A stretch of DNA of 64,000 nt from Marsupella aquatica (GCA_973895155.1 OZ316892.1:27428307-27492306), one strand, 5' to 3'; shown: positions 12,394-25,031, counted from the first letter of the stretch. Translations and numbers: made by a program. Notes: generated by a model from the letters alone, not told the origin.

Positions 12394-13413
12394 AGTACCT
12401 GACGGGTCTCATCATCCCGTAGTAGGAGAGTTTTTTGTGGTGGGTCCTATGTTTATTCTGGAAAGACGTGTAGTGCCGCAGTGCGTCATATTTTGTTGTG
12501 ACTTTGCCCTGATGAATTTCGAGGGAATACAATGGGCCTCCAGATCTGGTAGGGCGCCGTAAATAATGAGGAAAATATTGTGAAATTGTTTGTATTATAA
12601 CCATGTATTATCCCTGCTCTCTTTAGGGACTTCTCGTGGTCCGCTGTTCCTACTCCCCGAAATTAGAGAAGTGACTGAACGGATTGTCCTTCAAATGGTT
12701 TGCGTAGATTTTTGACTCTGTTTGTACTCCCCCAAAATTAGTCAGGTGACTATGAGCGAGTCATCTCGTGGTCTTTTTGCACACACTGATAGCTGCAGTA
12801 GCTGGCAGTGGCCAGTTGGTGGAGTTTTTTGAAAGAGGTTGCATCAGAGCCTCTGCCGTTCACTGAAAACGGCTCACTTTCGAAGAATGCTAGTATGGGC
12901 AGGGAGGTAATCTCAGACTGACTGACCAGGGGAAAATGGTTATTGATTTAGAGAAAATAAGGGTGTCATTAAGCTTCTGACCCGTTGACCAGAAAACGTT
13001 CACGTGTGAGTGAAATTCGTTTAGCAGCAAGGTTCTCTAAATTAAAACTCAAATTTCTTCTCAGGTGAGTCGGATCTGTTCTGATAGGATCTGTTGTGTC
13101 ACTGTAGTGGAGCCAAAATTGGATTAGTTCGGGTAATTGGCATCTTTGATGTCTTTCAACTACGATCATGTGAGAACTAATCCAATTTTGGCCATGGTTT
13201 GAGAGCCGCCTCAACGCTTTCAGTAGGATAAATGGTAGTCTCGAGGATTGTCTGCAGAATGAGATAGCATAGGATCGACAGACCATGAGTTTTTAGTAGC
13301 CTTTAAATCGTGTACTTTTCGTGTTCAATCACGAAAAGCCACTTTGTGTCTATTGTGGTCCCAGGGTTGGTTGGCTACTGTCAGTGAGGATTGTAGAGTT
13401 GGGGTCGGGTTTG

Positions 13414-13552
13414 GGTTCACATCACAACTGACATCGATGTTCCTTCGACACGATCAGGAATGCTAGACCTAATGCCTGGCCGCTTTGGTTTTCAACATCA
13501 CCACTGACAACGTTGTTCCCTTGACATGATCGGGAATGCTAGCCCAAATGTT
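13414..13552. repeat. Diverged tandem duplication, ~77 bp period
   Basis: CATCAC.ACTGACA..G.TGTTCC.T.GACA.GATC.GGAATGCTAG occurs twice. Confidence 0.75.
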
Positions 13553-14179
13553 TTGCGTGTAAACTGTTGGGTATCAGCAGGAATTTTGAGGCTAACCCTT
13601 CTACAACTCAGAAATGCCGGAGTTGCAAATTGCATGCTCTTCCCGTTTTACTGACTATCTCCAACTATATCTTTATATCCGACTACATCTTCCAGAAGCC
13701 TCCTGGGTGGTCTGCAGTCCGCTTTGCTGCATGAAGTAGAAAGGCTGAAAGATGCAGCTAGGTAAGAGCTCGGAGGACTGTTCAATCATTCGCTGCACCT
13801 GCAAAGAGTAGCTTTTGACTAGCCAAAAATTGCCATGGCCCAGAATGTTTGCGTTCCTGTCCCAAGTGGATGCAAGAAGCCTGCAGGAGGTCAGAGCGCA
13901 CTTTCAGATTCCCAAAGATTGTTGAAATCAAACACTTTATCCTTTCAAATCAAACACTTCATCCTAGCTTTCATCCGTGACTCGTCAAAGTTCATACCAA
14001 GAATGATACAATCACGGATGGCTTTTCAAGGCTCCTATCTAATGGATTTGAGTAAAGGTAATGGTGATCATCAGCGAAGACTTAGTACTACATAGGCCTT
14101 GTTGATTTTACGTTGAAAAAGTAATCCCCAACGTTGACAAATGCCTAATTTTGCAACTGGCTGTGTACCTGGCTGTGTA

Positions 14180-15372
14180 CCTGCTGTAAGTTGGCGATCG
14201 ATCTCAGCTGGAACCCCGATTTGAAGCAATTGTGGTCCAAGACGTGGATTCACTTTAGTGCTGCAGCTGAAAATGCTGAAAATGCTGAAAATGGTTTTCT
14301 GTGGCAACTAATTTACAGGATACCTGCTAGGCAACATTGGAGGCTTCCGACCCTACAACCAACTGTCCCCCTCACCTGGTGCACCCGGTGTGACATTTCC
14401 AACATGAGTACCTGCCACTGTATTTGGAATTGCCCCATTCCTGCATCGGTATGGGACAGGGTACAATTCGTTCTTTAGAATGCGGCCTTCACCAGAAACA
14501 GTGTGCTTCGTTTCCTGCCAGCCCACATGTTTGTTGGCATGCCTCTACCGGAGGGAATGGACATAGGGGTGAAACTGTGGCACACCCTGAGGGCTATTGT
14601 TTGGAGGCACATCTGGAAGGACAGGAGCTCCCACTGCATAGAACATACCAGATTACCAGATCGTGTGCCCAGGGAGTCATCTGGAAGGACAGTAGCTCCC
14701 ACTGCATAGAACATACCAGATTACCAGATCGTGTGCCCGGGGAGTCATTTGGAAGGACAGGAGCTCCCACTGCATAGAACATACCAGATCGTGTGCCCAG
14801 GGATTCATTTGGAAATCATGGCACAAGATGGGAATCTACCTGAGGAGAGACGGGGCCCGCCATTGTTCCAAAATGCAGGCTCGGAAAACTACGTTATGGG
14901 ATGCATTCAGCAACATGTCTTTCGACTATGGGAAAAACTACGTTATGGGATGCATTCAGCAACAGACTATGGGACTTGGGCAGGACTCTGGGACACCCAT
15001 GAGAAGATCCTCCAAAGAGCACAGGTCTCTTGTAGACCCACCATGAGTTTGTTTTACCTTGTGGGAGTTGGAGCTACAATTCAACCCAGACTGATAGGTT
15101 TTACTCGGTTGAGAATCCACTGATAGGTACCCCGCCGGTCCTAGTTCACGGCCGGTCTTCTGGAGCTTTCCAGCTGCTCCTGCTGCAATAGCTAATTTTC
15201 TGGTTTAGCTTTACTTCTGGATCTAGCTTCTTTCCTGGTTCCGGCGTCACGGGTGTTGTTTGGCTCTCTGACCTTTATGGTCCCCCAGTGCTGACCCCCT
15301 TTGTGGGCCAAACCCTATTGTGTGCTGGCTTTTGAATGAAATTCATTTGGTTTTTTCAAGGCAGAAATAAAG
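14180..15372 (+). mobile_element. Degenerate L1-type LINE 3' portion (zf-RVT region and 3' UTR)
   Basis: FLWQLIYRIP...WCTRC...HCIWNCPIPASVW and LWHTLRAIVWRHIWKDR are typical of the C-terminus of plant LINE ORF2. The 3' UTR matches the reverse complement of 52088-52780. 5' boundary uncertain. Confidence 0.8.
14610..14815. repeat. Tandem repeat, 68/68/60 bp units inside the LINE
   Basis: CAT(C/T)TGGAAGGACAG.AGCTCCCACTGCATAGAACATACCAGAT starts at 14610, 14678 and 14746, with a partial unit at 14806. Confidence 0.95.
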
Positions 15373-15974
15373 ACCCTTGATTAGAAAAATTATGTTCATT
15401 TACTATGTATGCAATATGAAGCAACATTATATGAGATCCATCAAATAAAATTAATTCCACACAGATCACAAGAGTGGCCATGGATATGTAGTACTTGCAC
15501 AACTACATGATAGTAAAGACAACTAAAATCTTAACCCTGCCAAATACTTGTATTGCAGTCTCTGACTCTAGCACATCTATGAAAGCCAAGAAAAATGACC
15601 TCACCCATGAGATCATGTTTGGACTATTTTGTTTATAATTAATTGGAAATTGTGCAACCCTCCTTACCACATGGTTGAAAACATCCATGTGACCAGTGAG
15701 GAAAATATCTCTTTGGAAGTTGAGTGATACCTGTTTTTTGATGTTGATTACATGGCTAGATATGACACTTATATTGATTTTTTTGTGGCCAGAAAATCAG
15801 TTTATGGACCTTTTAGGATTGTTTATTGATTATGACATGCAGTTGTATTTTGATAGATTCTTTCTTTATTATGAGTTGGCTTTTATCATATGAAATTGCG
15901 TTGGCTTCTACATGTTAAGAGCACTCACATCTACTACTATATTAACAAATCCAGCCACGTCTAGTCCTTGGTCC

Positions 15975-16327
15975 TGTTTTTCTTTTGCCTTGAAAACAAA
16001 AAGTAGACCCCTTCAACAGAGGATAGAAGTCCTACTGTGGAGTATGCACCATTGTAGGGTAGCCCACAAGGGGCAACAATACTACCCTACAATGGGCGAC
16101 AATACCCAGGGATCTGACATGGACCCAGACCAGGAGGGAGAGAGGGTTGTACCAAAGGCCCAAAGCGGGCTAGCTAGGGGCTGAGTAGAAACCAGGACTC
16201 CCACCAGTACACCCCACACACACATACACATAGATACCCTTCACACCCCTTGCGTGTGGAGAGGGGATTGAACCTGGCACCTCTCGGTTCTAGGCTCATC
16301 CCCTGGCCAACTGACCAAAGCCAGTTG
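15975..16327 (-). mobile_element. tRNA-derived SINE (family A)
   Basis: Minus-strand A box TGGTCAGTTGG (16317-16307) and B box GGTTCAATCCC (16274-16264), 32 bp apart. 14-bp perfect stem 16049-16062/16082-16095 and an A-rich tail. Confidence 0.75.
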
Positions 16328-17574
16328 TTTAGGGATTTAACTTTGTCCTGTTACAAAAATGAAAAGGGAGGGAACAATGCTCTACCATCAGATTTTGTGC
16401 AGGGTTATTTCAAACTGTTGGATTGACTGAAAAGTTCATCCAAGATTAGTTTTAAAAGTAGAGTACAAGGTATAGCATGTGTGATAGAGTACATGAGGAT
16501 GCAAAGAGATGACTATGCTACAATAGCTTTTCATAGCCTACTTAGAGTTAAAGTTTGTCTTGGCATGGAGCATTAAAGTGAAAATTAACTATTTTATAGC
16601 CTCCTTAGAGTACATTTTGGCATAGGGCATTAAAGTGGACATGGATTGAACTTGAGATAGACGGTTTTGGAACAAGCACTAAAGGGGATGTACATTTCGA
16701 GACATGACTAAGTTTTGGCTTTTGTTCTTGAGAAGTGAATTTCATCTTTTGGAGGTAAATTTTGTATTTTATTTCTAATTTTTGTTATCTTTTAAACGGT
16801 GTTGAAGGGAAGCAAAAGGGAAAGGGGGAGGGACAAGGCACTGGGTGGCAAGGGGGACAGCAGGAGGAAAGAAAGGAAGAACATTGGGGACCTAGAGGGA
16901 ATTTAGGGGAGGCAAACAAATTCTCCCTCCATGTAGCATCCCCCAACCCCACCTAGGCCCCACAATGCCCCGGACATCCTTACGAGTCTTGAATCTTCCC
17001 GCCCTCCACGTGCTCGCCCTCCAAAACAACAACATTGTCTAAAATGACAACATTGCCATCATAACAACCATGACTGTGCCAGAAATGACACTTTGATATG
17101 GCTGAAATGATAACACTTTTGCAACAATCACACAATTGCATTAATGATAACCTAGTTGAAACAACAATTGATTTTCAGAACCGAGACACAGCCGCAATGA
17201 CAACCAAACCTCAAGCACAACATAGTCGCAGTGATAATTGTGCAATGCATGGACATAGAGCTCAACTGTTCACCTCGCCTCCACAACACTTCTTTTTTCA
17301 ATAAATCCTTCCATTACTTTTTTTGCACAATGATAGCTTTTACATAACAACTATTTTTTTACATTGAAGTTTTTTGCAAAATAATATCTTTTACGCAATG
17401 ACATATTTTGTGCAACCACAATTGACCCTGTGATTCCCTAGACACCGTCTCTCTATCATGTACCCCCTACCTCCCTCACCCTCACCCTCACCCTCACAAA
17501 GAGAATTATTTTCACAACAACACCTTGGGACATGCTTAGTTTGCCTCAAAAATTTTGCCTTGCCTGAAATTTTT

Positions 17575-17860
17575 TCTACTCTTGACATATTTTTCTCTAC
17601 TCAACTTCTTTTTCTCACTTTGACATATTTTCCTCGTCTCAACATCTTTCTCTCACCTTGACATCATTGTCCCACCGCGACATCTTTCCTCACCTCTATA
17701 TATTTTCTCTCCTTCACGTCTTTTCTTTCCTTCACATCTTTTCTCACCTTGACAACTTTTTTCATCTCGACATCTTTTCTCTCCTGGATATGTTTTCTCA
17801 TCTAGACATCTTTTTCTCATCTCCAAATCTTATGTGCAATGCATGGGCATTGGGGTAGTA
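17575..17860 (+). mobile_element. Degenerate Helitron-like 3' end with C/T-rich subterminal repeats
   Basis: GACATCTTTTCTC-type repeats followed by GTGCAATGCATGGGCATTGGGGTAGT, resembling the hairpin+CTAG Helitron end. Related copies at 59710-59788 and reversed at 1-165. Confidence 0.5.
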
Positions 17861-20414
17861 TCTACATAATGAACTAATATATAAACTGCAAAAGAACAAA
17901 TGGCCTTAAGAAGAGATAGCATTGAAGGCAATTTAACCCAATACAGGGGGGAAACAACAAAAGCACAAGAGCCAACAAGCCCAAGAGACCAAATAGCCAA
18001 ATGACAAAGCCCTCCTGAGCCACAAACTGAAAAGCTTGCCAGAGCTCTGGGGTAAATTGCCTAGGAGGTCCCAAAATTAACCTAATTAACAAGGTCTGTC
18101 ACAAAATGCTTGTTGTAGTTTGCAATCTTCAATGCCCTTTTGCTGTGCCATAGTGTCATCCTAGCCTGTGCAAGGCCTGGGCTAAACATTAACTAGTTTT
18201 CAATTTTGAAAGTAATGCAAGGCCATAATATCATAAAAAACCAAAATCTACACTGAAAAGCTGTTACACCAAGAGGCTTAAAATGGTTCCTAAAATTTGT
18301 ATGACACTTTCTTAATAGGTTTCCACATTGAGCGAAATATTAATATTTGGCTAGTTGAACTCAAAATTTTAGTAAGTATTTGTCACTCAAGTCGAGATGG
18401 CCCTAAGTTACTAGAGTCCCCTGACTTTGTGTGTCGTATGGATACACGAAACGCCGCACTGTTTGCCACTGAGATGAGAATACAGCAACAGTGTATGTAT
18501 TATTCTTTTGTGTGAAAATAATCAAGCCCATGTATGCTTGAATAAAAAATTAGTTGAGACCCAACGAACGCCTGTAAAGACGCGTCAAGTAACCTTAGCT
18601 GTGAAGGCATCTAACAACATTATATATGGCCATCAATTTTGATGGGTGTGTCCATAATGAAAGCCTAGCACTCAAATTTTGAAAGCCTAACACCAAGTGC
18701 CAAACAATACACGTTTACTGTTAAAGTAATAACTTTTATCGGGCCTCCTCTCAACTCTGTTACGCCTCCATATCCGGATAGATTCCTGTGTTTTTTGTCA
18801 AGCCTTTGTCCAATTGAGTATTTTTGATGCTCCTATATGATGAATCCACTTTTCAGATTTTGTCTTATTAATAATTTTATCCTGTATATTTTATTGTGCC
18901 CTATCTAGATGTATCATTTGTGTTATATAGATTAGAAAGATATTAATATTTGGCTAGTTGAACTGAGAATTTTAGTCTATCTTTTTAATCTTTGCTATCC
19001 TAAGCATATACTTTGCCACTAATTTTAAACTTCTACCAGTTGGGGAATAAATTTGACTTGTTATCACGAGAGAGAGACATGAATCTGAGAAGTGTCGACA
19101 ACTAGCGTCTTAGCCCCCCATGATTTGTTTTCCTAAACTAATGATTTTGATGGAATTGATTGTCATTATCTCAGGCAGTGAATATGTGTACCTTATGTGC
19201 ACAACTATTCCTGATCATTATGTGTATTTTTTTGCTTGTGCCCTACTTCTACCCTTGTATCACACTCATTGTTAAAGGATACTCTTTTCTTTGCATATAT
19301 TATATTTTATTGTTAAAAAATCAGATCTCTCACACATATCACTACAAGACAAAAACTAAGCATGTTCCAAGATGAACGAACATGCTATATCCCGATAGAT
19401 TCCTGTGTTTTTTGTCAAGCCTTTGTCCCTGAATGTCCTAGGAATAACTTTGGTCTACCTCTTAATGAGAATTTTAGGTACAAGCCTTTAAAGTAGTAAG
19501 GACTATCTGACTTACTAAGGTCCTTTGAGTTAGTAGCGACAAACTATTTTTGTTTTATGCAAAGTGAGTATATGTTGGAAGGAAGGAAACTAAATTGACA
19601 ACATACAGTAGAGCTTGGACTTGTTAAGAAAAAAATTATCCTCAAGTCAAAAATAAGTTGCTCATAAGTTCTGTAGAAAGATAGCAACAAAGTTTTATAT
19701 GACTTCTTGAAACCAACAATGCACCCTACCTTGTATTGAAAACGTGCACACTAATCAAAAGGTCATCAATCAAAAGGTGATGCAGGTTGGCATAATAAGT
19801 ACAATCATTGAAATGGTGACCCTGTTCACAAAATTTGAAGTATGTTAACATGCATTTAACTCAAGATGGAACCCACAATGGCTACCAGCACAATAACAAA
19901 ATACCTAGGAGCACTTCATAAAGTGGAGAGCTAGCAATTTTCCATACCAACTACTGATGTACTCTTCATACTCTGGCCTATATTACAATTTGTGAAAGCC
20001 CTGGTCTATCAGCTAAGTAGCTAGAGTAGTTGTGCTCCGGGTTAGCCTATTTTGACTAAGGATTTCTCAGCAGAAGTTTGCACCCTTAGAGTACATCCAT
20101 GTCCCAGTTGTAGACTTAATTACGGTACACGATGTGTATCATTAGCTCATCACACTATGGCAATGGTGTATATTTTCCCATTTTTTTCTTTTCAGCTTTT
20201 ACGTACTTTACCACTAAAGATATTCTAATTGACATACTACCACGGTCTTTTTGTATTTACAAAATGCCACTGTTCTGTACATGGATGACAAGTTCACCAA
20301 GGTAACCAATAGAACTATGTATAAAGAGCATGACATGTTTGAAAATACAAATAAAACAGTGATAGCATTGTAAATTCAAACATCTTTAGTGGCAAAGTAT
20401 TTAAATGGGATATA

Positions 20415-23400
20415 CCTTTGCGCTCCTGGCTATGGAGTTCAAACTGTAGCACAGTTTTCGCGCCATTTCGACTACCCTCCCGCACTCAGTTTTTCTCGGA
20501 ATCCAGTTTTCTCAGTTGCATTAGCTTGCTCTTGCCGAGGCGCATCAAATCGATATAAAACACGTCCAAAACGGTGCCGTATCAACATACTTATGGTCAC
20601 ATTCGTTTTCGCCGTTTTTCAGTCGTTTTTCTGCGATTTTCGTCTTCCTTTCGACGGTCATATCTCGGTCAATCTTTCACGGATTTCAGATTTCTCAAGT
20701 GCTTTGTATAGCTCTTCTCCGGGAGCATCAGATTGATCCCAAGAGCGGTCCAATTGGTCTCCTATTGCCCCGATTGGACTTTGATTAGCTCTCACATTTT
20801 TTCTTCAATTTCCACCGTTCTCACTTTCAATTAGCTTTAGGGTCCTGTAGCAGTTCCTCGTTCACGGAATCCGGCATTCTCATGTGATTTGGCCAGCTCT
20901 TGTCCGGGAGTGCAACATCTATCCCTACCGCGGTCCTTTTGGTGACATATCAACCACTTTCGGCTCCGATTACGATTCTGATTTACTCCTCCATTTTTGG
21001 TGACGGTTTCCCTTGATCAGCTTTGGAGCATTCCTGTCTTGCCACGTTTCTCCTCCGATTGGTGGTTGCCTTTCTTCTTCAGTTCTGACAAGGTGGTTTT
21101 TGCCAAGTTTAGTGGACCAGTTTGCATTCCACCATCTTTGGGAGCTGTAGCAGCACGCTCAAATCAGCGGAGAGATATTCACTCGCATCGACTCCTCAAC
21201 GGACACATCGACGAGAGCTCTAGCTTTGTTCCCGGCTGTGCCTGCACGTGCTCAACGGTTTTCTAGGCTAGCGGGGGCGCCGCTTCTCGGATTTTGACGC
21301 GGTGGGCTCTCTCCATAGCCTTCCCTTTCTTTTCACATGTCTTGGTTGGGCCTTTTGTCGCTTCTTGATGCGCTTTTGCTTTTATCGGGTTGCGACCTGT
21401 CATGTCTACGTTGAGAGTGTTGGCGCGGGGCAAGCGCCCAGCCCCCCCACACAGTTCTCCCCCCTCCTCCCCCCCGCCTCGTGGTCGCCTTCGTGTTTGC
21501 TCTTCTTCATTGGATCTCTCTCATCTTCGTGATGACCCCATGCCCGATGTTCTGCCAGTCCCCCCAGTCTACTGCCCACCCCATCGACGCCCTGGCTCCT
21601 CTCCCCAACCCATTCCCCCTCCACCCCTCCAGCATCCCCCTCCGGCCTCTTCATCCACGTCGGTTCCCCCCCCACCTCCTGTCCAGTCGTTCCCTGCTCC
21701 CTCCCCAGACGAGCGTCCCCTGCATACTTGTCCTGAGTGTGGCTGGGTTGGCCTCTCCCTTCCTCATCACCGCGGGCGGGGCCGGTGCCAACGTCGCCAG
21801 CAAGCCCAATCCCAGCCCCCTCTTGACCCAGTTAGCTCTGCCCCTCCTTCCTTGGAGGCTTCCGAGCAGGCATGGAGTTGGGTTCGCTCTCTAGACCCCC
21901 TTCCAGCCTACCATCCAGGGTACATTAGACCTCGCCTTTATAACCACATCCCACTAGCGTTGCGCCCATTAGTTCGGTCATCCTTGTTGCAACTCATGCA
22001 GCTTATCTTGGCGCATCCTATCGAGGTCTCCTATTGGTCTTTACTCATGCTTTTTCCACAGTGGACTCTTACCCTCCCTAGTCACGGTGGTCGCGTGGGT
22101 CATCGTGAGACTGCCTCTCGTATCCATCGTTTTCTGCGGGGAGATTGGGAACAACTTCAGGAAGAGTACTTTCTTCGAGCCCGTTCCTTTACTACCCGTG
22201 CTTTGTCTGACCCAGCTCGCCACTCTCATCCTCCAGAGCATAGACGCCTTCGTCGCTCTTGTCGTTTGGCCCAGGCTGGTGAATATCGTCGTGCGGTCCA
22301 GGCCCTTTCTCCCACCACACCAGCCCCCCCTGGCGAGGTCACCTTGACGGCCCTTCAGGATCTCCATCCGCAGCCCTATGATCAGCTCCCCTTGTTCGTG
22401 GAGGATTTTGAGCTTGAGGAGGATCTTCAGTTTAGTAGGGACCACTTCACCTATGCTTTCCTCCATGCTCCGCGTTGCGCGGCTGGTGGCCCCTCTGGCT
22501 ATGTCTTTGAGCATTTTCGTGATTTATTCCCCCCTGAGGATCCTCAGTCTGGTTTTCCAGTTTTCTTCTCCTTTTGCCAGTGTATTGCTGCCGGCCGTTT
22601 GCCTCCTCCCGTCTCTCGGCTTTTGAGTGCTTCTCGTTTATTGGCCATGGCTAAGTCTTCACCGGGTGTTCGGCCCATAGCTATTGGAGAGGTTTTTCTT
22701 CGTCTGGTGTCTCGCGCACTTTCATCGCAGTATCGCTCTGCACTATCGGATCATCTCTCTCCACATCAGTTTGCAGTGGGCGTTCCTGGCGGTTGTGAGA
22801 CAGTTATTGCGGGTATTCGTACTACCTTGGACCTCCACCCTGATTGGGTTTTCCTCCAGGTTGATGTCTCCAATGCTTTCAATACGGTTTCTCGGGCAGC
22901 AATTTTTCGTGCTTTGAGGGCAGCGGATCCAGACATCCAGTCCCTTATCCCCTTTGTCCGTTGTTTTTATGGGTGTGAGGCCCCCCTCTTCTATAGTCAT
23001 CACACCTCTACAGGAGTGTATACCACTCTTTCTTCTGCAGAAGGTACACGTCAGGGTGACCCTTTGGGTGGGCCTCTTTTTGCCATTGCCCATTTTACTG
23101 CTTTACGAGAAGCCTCCGCGGCCCACCCCCAGTGTATCTTCCCCTCCCTTTCAGATGACACCCACATCATTGGTCCACCTTTTGCTGTTACTTCTGCCCT
23201 CGCCACCCTTTCCACCCATTTGTTGGGCCTCGGTTTACGAGTACAGCCGGTGAAGAGTCGTGCATGGAGTCCAGCTGGGTTACCCTCTGATCTTGCGCTT
23301 CCCCCTGGGTTCTTACGTCCTGCCGACGGTCTTCGGGTCCTTGGCTCCCCAGTCGGTACCGCCTCCTTTTGCTCATCTTTCATTGCTGACGCTCTCCAGG

Positions 23401-25031
23401 CTGCCTTAGCCCCTACTCCTATGCTCCCTAAGTTAGCAGACTCTCAGGCAGCATTTGGGTTGTTATTGAGATGCATCCACCCTCGTGCGTCCTATTTGGC
23501 TCGGACACATCCCCCTACCGAGGACCTTTCTCTACACCTCCGAGCGTTTGATGTCTCCATTCGTGAGACTTTGGCCTCTCTTTTAGGGCCAGGTACTTTA
23601 CTCTCATCTCCGTGGCTTCATCGACAGCTCAGTCTTCCTATTTCTCACGGTGGTTTTGGGCTTACTTCCACTGAGCGCCTTGCACCTTTGGCCTTCTTGG
23701 GCGCGTGGGCGGCCGCCTTCTCATTGTTGGCAGATCGTTTCCTTACTGAGGATCAACCTTTTTTACTTTCATCTCTCATGGAGGTCGAGGAGGGTTCCCT
23801 CCCATTTCAGGTTCATTTGCGCACGGCTCGGTCATCATTACCCGATCCTGTTCGAGCTGCGTTACCTTCATTCTAGGAGTTTTTATCCTTGGACCCCGTC
23901 CGTCTTCAGGCAGACCTTGCTGGGCGTATGCACGCTTTCACCCTCTCCAGCATCCTCACCGAGGCACCTGACACGGACCGAGCTCGGATTCTTTCTTCCG
24001 GAGGGAAGGGCGCAGGAGGCTGGCTTCAGGCCAATCCAGTCATTCCTCACCTGCGGATGTCTTCAGCGGAGTTTGTGACAGCCATGCGTCTTCGTATGGG
24101 CTTGCCCCACCCACTTCTTGCTGGTTTACCTCCTACTTGCACTTGTGGGAAGCCTTGTGATGCCACAGGTGTCCATCTTCTTCGATGCAGTTTGGGCGGC
24201 GAAACCATTTTTGTTCACGACGCTGTGAGAGATGCGACTGCTCAGGTTCTCTCTGGCTCTTTGGTCTGCGCGCGGCGGGAGGTGGTGCTCGAGTTACCTA
24301 GTCCTCCATCACAGCGGTTACGGGTGGATCTTACCATGGTCCGTGATGGTCACCGTACTTTGGCAGATGTAGTGGTGGCAAACCCATTGCGCCAAGACAT
24401 CATTGGGACAGCGGCAACAACGGCAGGGGCAGCAGCATCACGAGCAGCACAAATGAAGGAGGCCAAATATGTTGCACGAGCTTCATCTGATAGCTTCCTG
24501 CCCCTTGCTCTTGAGATATTTGGGCGTCTCCATCATCAGTTCGACGGGCTTCTTCGCCAAGCTGCTCGGGATGTTCACGGCCGGATGGGTCCCACTGGGC
24601 CCCCGCTATCTGTTTTGACCACGCACTTTCGCCAACGCATTTCAGTCACCTTACAGCGTGCTCAAGCTCGGGCCGTCTATCGTCGATCTCTGACAGTGGG
24701 TGCTAGTGTGACTCCGCAGCGGCTAGCCCCCCTAGAGGACATTCCTGTCCCACTTGCCGATCTAGTTTCGACACTTGATGTAGACCACTAGCTTGTAGCC
24801 ACATTTGCTAGGTATGATGAGGACCTCGGTCCATTTGCGGTAGTTTTAGTTACTCTTTCTTGGTTTTTAGGGGTTTCCTTTTGCTCACTTCTTTTAGTTC
24901 CTCTTTCTTGGTTTTTAGGGTTTCCTTTTGCTCACTTCTTTTGCGTTTGGTTTTGTCCACTTGGGACCTCTCTTGTTTATTCTTTTGTACTCTATTTGGC
25001 CTTTTTCTGTATAAAGTATGTGTATATTCCC
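20415..25031 (+). mobile_element. Near full-length CRE-clade-like non-LTR retrotransposon with restriction-like endonuclease
   Basis: Single long ORF 21402-24791 plus a ~1 kb CpG-rich 5' region (start approximate, from the composition shift) and a T-rich 3' UTR shared with the copy at 27408-28358. Confidence 0.88.
21402..24791 (+). pseudogene. RT-RLE polyprotein (~1129 aa) interrupted by one in-frame TAG at 23874-23876
   Basis: N-terminal HTCPECG...HH...C zinc finger. RT motifs GVRPIAIGE, HQFAVG, DVSNAFNTVSR, GTRQGDPLG, LSDD, GLRVLGSPVG. CTCGKPCDATGVHLLRC knuckle. RLE motifs HDAVRD, RVD...LADV, KEAKY, FLPLALEIFG. ORFs 21390-23876 and 23889-24791 share one frame. Confidence 0.92.

Noticed and set aside
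14610-14815. CRISPR-like appearance of the 68-bp repeats
   Set aside because: Whole units repeat with no unique spacers. The context is a eukaryotic LINE with no cas genes.
16255-16327. tRNA gene
   Set aside because: A and B boxes are present but I could not fold a convincing cloverleaf, and it continues into a SINE-like body and tail.
23874-23888. Programmed readthrough or two-ORF organisation of the CRE element
   Set aside because: The downstream ORF has only a TTG start in the same frame and no recognisable readthrough context. A single nonsense mutation is simpler, and other copies are needed to decide.
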